From Candidatus Woesebacteria bacterium RIFCSPHIGHO2_01_FULL_39_23 (GTDB lineage Bacteria > Patescibacteriota > Microgenomatia > UBA8517): DNA of 64,000 nt. Positions 58,550 through 64,000 of the stretch are shown in pieces. Location: the NCBI GenBank assembly GCA_001792305.1, contig MGGH01000036.1:18599-82598 (forward strand), in the 5' to 3' direction. A program made the position numbers and the translations under genes. Position 1 is the first letter of the stretch; every line of letters starts with the position of its first letter. A model generated the notes under the pieces. That model was not told where the DNA came from. It saw only the letters and a list, made by a program, of their open reading frames with translations, and did not search any database.

Positions 58550-58981
58550 TTATTCGATATTCTCATATCTTCCGCCTTCATAAGGCGGAAAACAAATTTC
58601 ATAAGCCCTTAGATTGCTTTCGGGGTCTGCTTCCCATTGCATATGCTCATCAATGGCTACTGTAACTACAACAGGTTCTTTCAAATCCTCTGTAACCTCA
58701 TAAATTTGTTTGCTGCCGTCAGCTTTAGTAACAGTAAGTTTTCCCTCTCCAGAAATATAACCCTCAACAGTTCTGTCTCCCTTGAGAACTTTCTGTAGTG
58801 GGGTTTTACTGCCAGGTTTAATTCTAATTATTCCTAAATCTTTGGTCTTATCACCATCAAAGGTATAAGCATCACACTCAACTCCCTCTGCTACCTGCAT
58901 TGTTTCCACGAAAGAAACTGGGTATTCTTTACCTTCAAAACTAAAACTTTTCATAGGTATCATTTCCAGTTCTGTATTCAT
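58550..58981 (-). CDS. Hypothetical protein (possible small beta-barrel/cupin-like)
   Basis: No recognisable motif. Translationally coupled to the upstream HAD gene (4-nt overlap). Confidence 0.35.
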   Translation of the reverse strand: MNTELEMIPMKSFSFEGKEYPVSFVETMQVAEGVECDAYTFDGDKTKDLGIIRIKPGSKTPLQKVLKGDRTVEGYISGEGKLTVTKADGSKQIYEVTEDLKEPVVVTVAIDEHMQWEADPESNLRAYEICFPPYEGGRYENIE

Positions 58982-59589
58982 ACATCAATTCCTACACTTT
59001 TAAGTTGTTCAAGATATTTATCAAATCCTTCATAAAGGAAAGTTGTTATTCCAACTTCTTTAGCTCCAATCAGATTATCGGGATTGTCGTCAGCGAACAC
59101 AATTGAAGATGGTTCTACTTGAGATTTCTTAGCAAGAGTTTCAAATATTTTTCTGTCGGGTTTATTTACTCCAACTTCATACGAAAAAACGGCTATATCA
59201 AAATTATTCAGGAAACCGAATTTTTCTTGTAAACCATTGACTCTTGCTGGAAAATTATTAGAGCAAATGGCTGTTTTGTAACCTTTCTCTCTTAAACTTT
59301 TTACAGTAGCAACTACGCTTTCGTTTACATCATAGCCATCAATCATCAGTTTTACTATCTCCTGCCAAGGTTTATCTAGCCTCCATTCTTTAACAGCCCA
59401 AGACCAATACTTCTCATCAGTCATTTTTCCGTTTTTATATTGTTGGTTCATCTGGGGAGATTTAAGAAATACTCTTTTGACTTCATCTTCACTGATACCA
59501 AGTTTTCCTAAGGCAGAAATAAAATTAGCCTTTCCGTTTGGGAAATAAACTCCGTCCAAATCAAATGTAATAACTTTAATCATAGGCAT
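58978..59589 (-). CDS. HAD-IA family hydrolase
   Basis: Motif I VITFDLDGVYF. Motif IV FADDNPDN. Confidence 0.75.
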   Translation of the reverse strand: MPMIKVITFDLDGVYFPNGKANFISALGKLGISEDEVKRVFLKSPQMNQQYKNGKMTDEKYWSWAVKEWRLDKPWQEIVKLMIDGYDVNESVVATVKSLREKGYKTAICSNNFPARVNGLQEKFGFLNNFDIAVFSYEVGVNKPDRKIFETLAKKSQVEPSSIVFADDNPDNLIGAKEVGITTFLYEGFDKYLEQLKSVGIDV

Positions 59590-59783
59590 ATTTTATCAAA
59601 ATTTGTTTATTCATAAAACCAATCCCATCCGTGGTTTTCTTTTAATATTTTAACAAGGTTCGAACTGTCCGAGTTTGGTGGCAAATTTCAAGGCTATTAT
59701 TGATTTGCTGGCCGTTTATCAAAAATGTCGAACTTCAATGTGTTAGCTCGGCCTTCGGCCTCGCTTGCTCCGGCGCGGCGCCC

Positions 59784-59809
59784 CCACCCGCCGCGCCTCC
59801 GCTATTTTT
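59784..59809. repeat. GC-rich palindromic element GGCGCGGCG-CCCCCACC-CGCCGCGCC followed by a T-run. Related in core sequence to the hairpin at 62185-62216
   Basis: 9-bp perfect stem in a 359-nt AT-rich intergenic region. T7 run at 59816-59822. Confidence 0.4.
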
Positions 59810-59948
59810 TGCACGTCCGATTTTGCGATTACTCCGCAATCGCTTATTGATGGAGATGTTAAATCCAAAGAATCTTAAATATGTACTAAACGTACAACAT
59901 TTTTAAGAATTACAAATATATATTTTATTGAAGATTCTTTACTTTTGT

Positions 59949-61082
59949 TTATTGCTGTGAGTTATGGGCTTTGGCAAAAGATATATTTTGATTAGACTCA
60001 TAAAGGTTTGCTACCCATGAAACTGCAATATCGCCACCGGCTATGACTGGTTTACTTGGGTAATAATCCTGTAAATTGGAAGTGGAGATTGTAATATATT
60101 CACCAATTATATTACCTATTCGACCATAATTTGCAACTAAAATATCATTATCTCCCGTAATGGATACTCCTATGGTACTAAGAATATAATGATCTTTATC
60201 CCAAGCTAAACCCATATTATTATTAAAAGGAGGATTACCCGTGAGAGGTGAAAATTGTAATAAAGTTCCGTCTTTATGCACTCTAGTTAAAGAAATGCCG
60301 GCATTACCATAAGTTATTATTGCAAATTCATTTCCATTCCAAACCATTGCATTAAGGTGTTCCGCTCCCGTAGAAGTTAAAACCTCATCGGTACCTACTT
60401 TTTCTCCGTTTTCGTTCACATAAGCAAACACTACTTCACGGCATGCACCACTGCAGGTTCTCATGTCTGACCAAGAAACTCCATATCCATAACCGTCGGT
60501 GTCAATTCTTGGCCGATAATATCCACCTCCATTTACAGAATTTAAAGGTATTAATTGACTAAGTTTATTACCTTCACGATCTAACCTTACAAATCTTGCT
60601 CCTCCTGGCGTAGGATCCGTGTCTTCATCTCCCCACCATGCGAGGCCATATTCTTCTGCCTTTTGATTCCAAACTACCGAGGGATGAACCCCGCCCTCGA
60701 TAATTAAAGTTTTGTCTAAAATGATATTTCCGCCTGTCGAAATTCTCGCATAGTAAAGTTTCCAGGAATCACGCCAAAAAATACCAAAATCCGTGCCGTT
60801 CCAAACAACATTAGGGTCCATAGAATCACTTGGATCGTTCGTGATTCTAATATCATTTCCAATTTTCTCTCCGTTTTTCTTGATAAAATTAAAATAGATT
60901 TCAGTATTGCCGTTACGGCTATCGTGATAAAGCACTCCAAATTTACCTCCGCCAAAGGCGAGATCAGGCACAAAAGCCGTGTTTGCCTCTGTAACAACAA
61001 CATTTTCCCAGTTGTATTGTTTTGCTTGTACAGAAAACGGTGTAAACATTATTAGAAACATTAAGATTATTATTTTTTTCAT
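59949..61082 (-). CDS. Secreted repeat protein (probable beta-propeller), function unknown
   Basis: Signal peptide MKKIIILMFLIMFTPFSVQA. Recurrent VVWNG, GIFW and AWWG beta-strand repeats. Confidence 0.4.
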   Translation of the reverse strand: MKKIIILMFLIMFTPFSVQAKQYNWENVVVTEANTAFVPDLAFGGGKFGVLYHDSRNGNTEIYFNFIKKNGEKIGNDIRITNDPSDSMDPNVVWNGTDFGIFWRDSWKLYYARISTGGNIILDKTLIIEGGVHPSVVWNQKAEEYGLAWWGDEDTDPTPGGARFVRLDREGNKLSQLIPLNSVNGGGYYRPRIDTDGYGYGVSWSDMRTCSGACREVVFAYVNENGEKVGTDEVLTSTGAEHLNAMVWNGNEFAIITYGNAGISLTRVHKDGTLLQFSPLTGNPPFNNNMGLAWDKDHYILSTIGVSITGDNDILVANYGRIGNIIGEYITISTSNLQDYYPSKPVIAGGDIAVSWVANLYESNQNISFAKAHNSQQ

Positions 61083-61216
61083 TTTAACCTCCGGATCCTA
61101 ATTTTATTAGATTAAATACATTTTAACACAGAAAAAGTTTTTTCATAGCTTACATAAGCCCTTGACGTTGAAACATAATCCATTTTATAATCACTATAAA
61201 TTTCTATCTCTACGAC

Positions 61217-62101
61217 TTGAAAATGGCCATGACAAAAGACGAAGCTTTAAACAGGCTTAAAGAATTAGCTATTAAGTTAAGAACTCCTCGACTAACACAA
61301 AAGGAGATTCGGTCTATTAAAGGACTAGAGTATCACTTAAGAGTACACTTCTCTGGGTTAGCAAGTGCGTTAAAAGAGGCAGGACTTCAACCAACCCCAC
61401 TGGCAGAAAAGATGAGTACATCAGACAAAGAATTATTAAGTTACATCCTAAATTTTAGTAAAAAAATTGGGAAAAGACCAACAGTTTTTGATATTAGACG
61501 TGATGGAAAATATTCAGAAGTAATTTTTAATAAAAGATTTGGTAGGAACGGTATCCAGAAAGCCTACGAATTGGCAAAAAACGAAACAAAAATGCAACCC
61601 ATTAAAGAGGATAAAGAAATATTAATAAAAGATTTTTTAAATAAACCGCTATTTTGGGGAAGAGCTGGAGAAACATACATCGTGGCTGAATTGATGTATA
61701 GGGGCTATAATGCAAGTTTATTACCTGTCGACTTGGGCGTGGACGTAATTGCAATTAAGGAAAGTAAGACGTTCTATTTTCAAGTTAAAAATGTATCTTT
61801 TGATAAAGTATCAAGCAGAACCATCCCTATAACAACCAGTTCTTTTTCGAAAAATCAGAGCAGTAATATGTTTTATGTTTTCGTACTTCAACATGGACAA
61901 AGGAAAAATATACTCTTCCTTCCTTATCAAAAAATGCATGAGCTTATTAATAAAAAACTAATCGTATTTGATAAGGATAGTAAAGATTTTTCAATATGCA
62001 TTTCCTTAAATGAAAAAATTGTAAATATTTGTCTGCCCACAGATAGGACTAAAGCAGAAGATGTCTCTAGTTACCTTGATGATTGGGATGTGATTGTATA
62101 A
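61217..62101 (+). CDS. Hypothetical protein with two N-terminal helical repeats and a C-terminal Hjc-like PD-(D/E)xK nuclease fold
   Basis: GRAGETYIVAELMYRGYNASLLPVDLGVDVIAIKESKTFYFQVK matches the Hjc/archaeal resolvase core pattern G.aGE...v..L...G......D.ia.k....f.EVK. Confidence 0.45.
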   Translation: MKMAMTKDEALNRLKELAIKLRTPRLTQKEIRSIKGLEYHLRVHFSGLASALKEAGLQPTPLAEKMSTSDKELLSYILNFSKKIGKRPTVFDIRRDGKYSEVIFNKRFGRNGIQKAYELAKNETKMQPIKEDKEILIKDFLNKPLFWGRAGETYIVAELMYRGYNASLLPVDLGVDVIAIKESKTFYFQVKNVSFDKVSSRTIPITTSSFSKNQSSNMFYVFVLQHGQRKNILFLPYQKMHELINKKLIVFDKDSKDFSICISLNEKIVNICLPTDRTKAEDVSSYLDDWDVIV

Positions 62102-62184
62102 AAAGTTCTTTAAAATTTCTGCGTTTTTTTCTTTCTTCTTTTTCCGGCGGCTGTCCGCAAGTTTCAAAAAAGGCGGATTTGACG

Positions 62185-62216
62185 CGCTTTCCGCGGAGGC
62201 GGGCGCGGAAAGCGCT
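62185..62216. repeat. GC-rich 12-bp-stem palindrome GCGCTTTCCGCG-GAGGCGGG-CGCGGAAAGCGC adjacent to tRNA-Gln (bidirectional terminator-like)
   Basis: Perfect 12-bp inverted repeat. T-rich tracts on both flanks. Confidence 0.45.
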
Positions 62217-62243
62217 ACCTCCAAACGGCTTTCTTCTTCTTAC

Positions 62244-62317
62244 TGGCTGCCCAGCCACGATTCGAACGTGGATTAGATGGTTCAGAGCCATCTGGCCTAC
62301 CGTTAGCCGACCGGGCA
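62244..62317 (-). tRNA. tRNA-Gln (anticodon CTG), CCA encoded
   Basis: Hand-folded 74-nt cloverleaf. Acceptor TGCCCGG/CTGGGCA (U1-A72). D-arm GGCT-AACGGTA-GGCC. Anticodon stem GATGG/CCATC around loop CTCTGAA. T-arm CCACG-TTCGAAT-CGTGG. G73, then CCA. Confidence 0.8.
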
Positions 62318-62345
62318 ATGCTACAAACCTAATTATACTAAATTT

Positions 62346-62954
62346 TTAGCCTGAAATTAATTCGCTTGTCAAAGTTGGTGTTGGAGAAGGGGTGAAGGTC
62401 GGTATTGGTTGGGTAGACGCGGGAAGTATTACCAGTCCTGTTATATCGGATATAATTAAAATATCAGTTGTTATATTATATTTTCCGACAGCGAAAATTT
62501 TTTTGCCCACAAGTCGCGCTGCATCAACAGTTGGGGGAACTTCCAGAGTAATTGCTTCAGCGGAAGTGGTTGTAAGATAGTATTTACCCGTAACAGATGA
62601 ATACCTTAAGATTCCGGAAAATGCAGTTTCCTTCCAGGGATTTGTGGTTGGTTGCGGTGTTTGTAAAGGAATGGGGGTGGGAAGGACGTCTTTAATCATG
62701 GGAACTTTGGCCAAAAATGCAGTAATTACGCCAAGACCGTACGTCCCTGTAAGAACTAAGGCTACGATAAGAAGTGTAGTAATGGGCCTGACCTTTATTT
62801 TTATTTCTACGCCCTCGTTTCCGATTATTTTTTTCCACCAATTCTTGATATAGGTAATAGGATTTCTAACTTTGAAATCAACTATTGGCGGCTCGTGAGA
62901 GATTTTCGGAGCCTTATTTTTGACCCTAATGTAATCTTTGGTCCATTTAGTCAC
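62346..62954 (-). CDS. Hypothetical membrane-anchored Pro/Thr-rich protein
   Basis: TM segment ITTLLIVALVLTGTYGLGVI. PT-rich linkers. Confidence 0.35.
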   Translation of the reverse strand: MTKWTKDYIRVKNKAPKISHEPPIVDFKVRNPITYIKNWWKKIIGNEGVEIKIKVRPITTLLIVALVLTGTYGLGVITAFLAKVPMIKDVLPTPIPLQTPQPTTNPWKETAFSGILRYSSVTGKYYLTTTSAEAITLEVPPTVDAARLVGKKIFAVGKYNITTDILIISDITGLVILPASTQPIPTFTPSPTPTLTSELISG

Positions 62955-62999
62955 AATTTCAGTTTAGTACCAATGATTAACAACTTTCAACAGAGAAGA

Positions 63000-63383
63000 C
63001 TATCCTGTTACCGCCAACTCTTCTTGCAAAGCTTCCGGGAGTCTTCCTATTTTAGCTAAATATTCGATTGTGAGTTTGCGATCATTTTCACAGACCTTAA
63101 GGAAACTTTTTGCCGCGTTTCCTGCTGTACTACCTTCGCTTTCTACTATTGGTCTATATTTGTCAATTCTTGCCTGGTTATCCTTTAACCATTTTTCAAT
63201 TTCTGGATCTGTCATCAATTCTGCTCTTGTTTTTCCGGGGTTTCGGACCACGGGATCATCGGGTTCCAAAGTGCTTCCAATGGCTTCAAGATATGCCGCC
63301 GTTTCTGCTAATGGGCTTACCTTTTGAACTGTCGTGACATTTTCTTCTACATCCATGCCTATCGTTAATTTTACCACTTCCAA
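63000..63383 (-). CDS. Hypothetical 127-aa protein
   Basis: ORF with no recognisable motif. Confidence 0.35.
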   Translation of the reverse strand: MEVVKLTIGMDVEENVTTVQKVSPLAETAAYLEAIGSTLEPDDPVVRNPGKTRAELMTDPEIEKWLKDNQARIDKYRPIVESEGSTAGNAAKSFLKVCENDRKLTIEYLAKIGRLPEALQEELAVTG

Positions 63384-63491
63384 GTCCTCTTTGTCTTTAA
63401 AGTAAGTGTCTTATCATTCGTATTCTTTCAGTCATGGGTAAATTATATTAGACTTTAGACTGTGGTAAAGAGATTCACTGGACCGGCATTG

Positions 63492-64000
63492 ATGGTTGGA
63501 GTCTATTTTATTTTTGTCCTCGGGGGGTATTTACTTTACAGCTCCGGGGCGCTCAATGGCTTTATTATTTGGGCCAAGCAAAATTTGGCTGTCTATTTCA
63601 TCTTTATTGTCGCTGCGAAGATAATGGGTTTGATTTTTCCGCCGATTCCAGGAGGCCTTATTACTTGGGGATCTATAGTAGTAATCGGCTGGCAGGCGGC
63701 ATTTGCGGCTGACTTCATCGGAGCCATGATTGGCGCCACAGCAAACTACTACATGGGTAGAAAATGGGGAATAACTATTGTTAAGAAAATTTTCGGAGAC
63801 ACAATATCAAATAAAATATCAAAGTTGAAAGTTAGAAAGGGAAGGGAGATTGAGTCTGTGGCCGTTTTTAAGATTGCCGGCGGTGGAACTATTGTGGAGG
63901 CGATATCATTTTTCGCAGGAATTATTAACCTTAACCTAAAACAGTTTCTGGCTGGAAGCGCAATTGCGAGCCTGGTAATAGGGTTGCCGACTTATATCCT
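63492..64000 (+). CDS. DedA/VTT-domain (SNARE-associated) membrane protein, 3' end runs off the window
   Basis: Hand translation gives MVGVYFIFVLGGYLLYSSGALNGFIIWAKQNLAVYFIFIVAAKIMGLIFPPIPGGLITWGS..., the DedA-like pattern. Open to the window end. Confidence 0.6.
   Translation, partial: MVGVYFIFVLGGYLLYSSGALNGFIIWAKQNLAVYFIFIVAAKIMGLIFPPIPGGLITWGSIVVIGWQAAFAADFIGAMIGATANYYMGRKWGITIVKKIFGDTISNKISKLKVRKGREIESVAVFKIAGGGTIVEAISFFAGIINLNLKQFLAGSAIASLVIGLPTYI

Noticed and set aside
62067-62349. Three overlapping ORFs (83, 88 and 60 aa; plus and minus strand) over the tRNA-Gln region
   Set aside because: They cover tRNA-Gln and the GC-rich palindrome. Translations are Arg/Pro-rich artefacts of GC-rich non-coding DNA.
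1-64000. CRISPR arrays, integrases, transposases, reverse transcriptase/DGR
   Set aside because: No regularly spaced direct repeats and no recognisable Cas, integrase, transposase or RT motifs in any frame.

Overview
Low-GC, gene-dense bacterial segment with short genes and several archaeal-type enzymes. The gene content (DUF3048, DUF4446, archaeal-type PEPC and AspRS, GIY-YIG mini-proteins) suggests a Candidate Phyla Radiation / Patescibacteria-like genome; this is inference, not a database hit. Housekeeping content: rpoA(3' end)-rplQ-rplM-rpsI, hsp20, recA-recX, rny, hup, an ABC-2 transporter, miaA, RNase P RNA, dtd, nth, secDF, cca, recJ, gltX, a two-component system, a DEAD-box helicase and two tRNAs (Pro-GGG, Gln-CTG). 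Accessory or unusual content: (1) a T-box leader ahead of a three-gene aspartate operon: an aminotransferase (called by family only), archaeal-type PEP carboxylase, and archaeal-type AspRS carrying a C-terminal YbaK/ProX deacylase domain; (2) a cupredoxin gene interrupted by a 105-nt in-frame, hairpin-rich insertion; (3) a promoter, leader and terminator with duplicated arms ahead of an MFS transporter; (4) a PilB/GspE ATPase split by a 1-nt frameshift; (5) an RNase P RNA fragment duplicated in another promoter region; (6) two GIY-YIG mini-genes with a shared structured GC-rich leader; (7) two glycan or small-molecule modification operons; (8) an Hjc-like PD-(D/E)xK protein next to tRNA-Gln. 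No CRISPR array, integrase, transposase or reverse transcriptase was seen.
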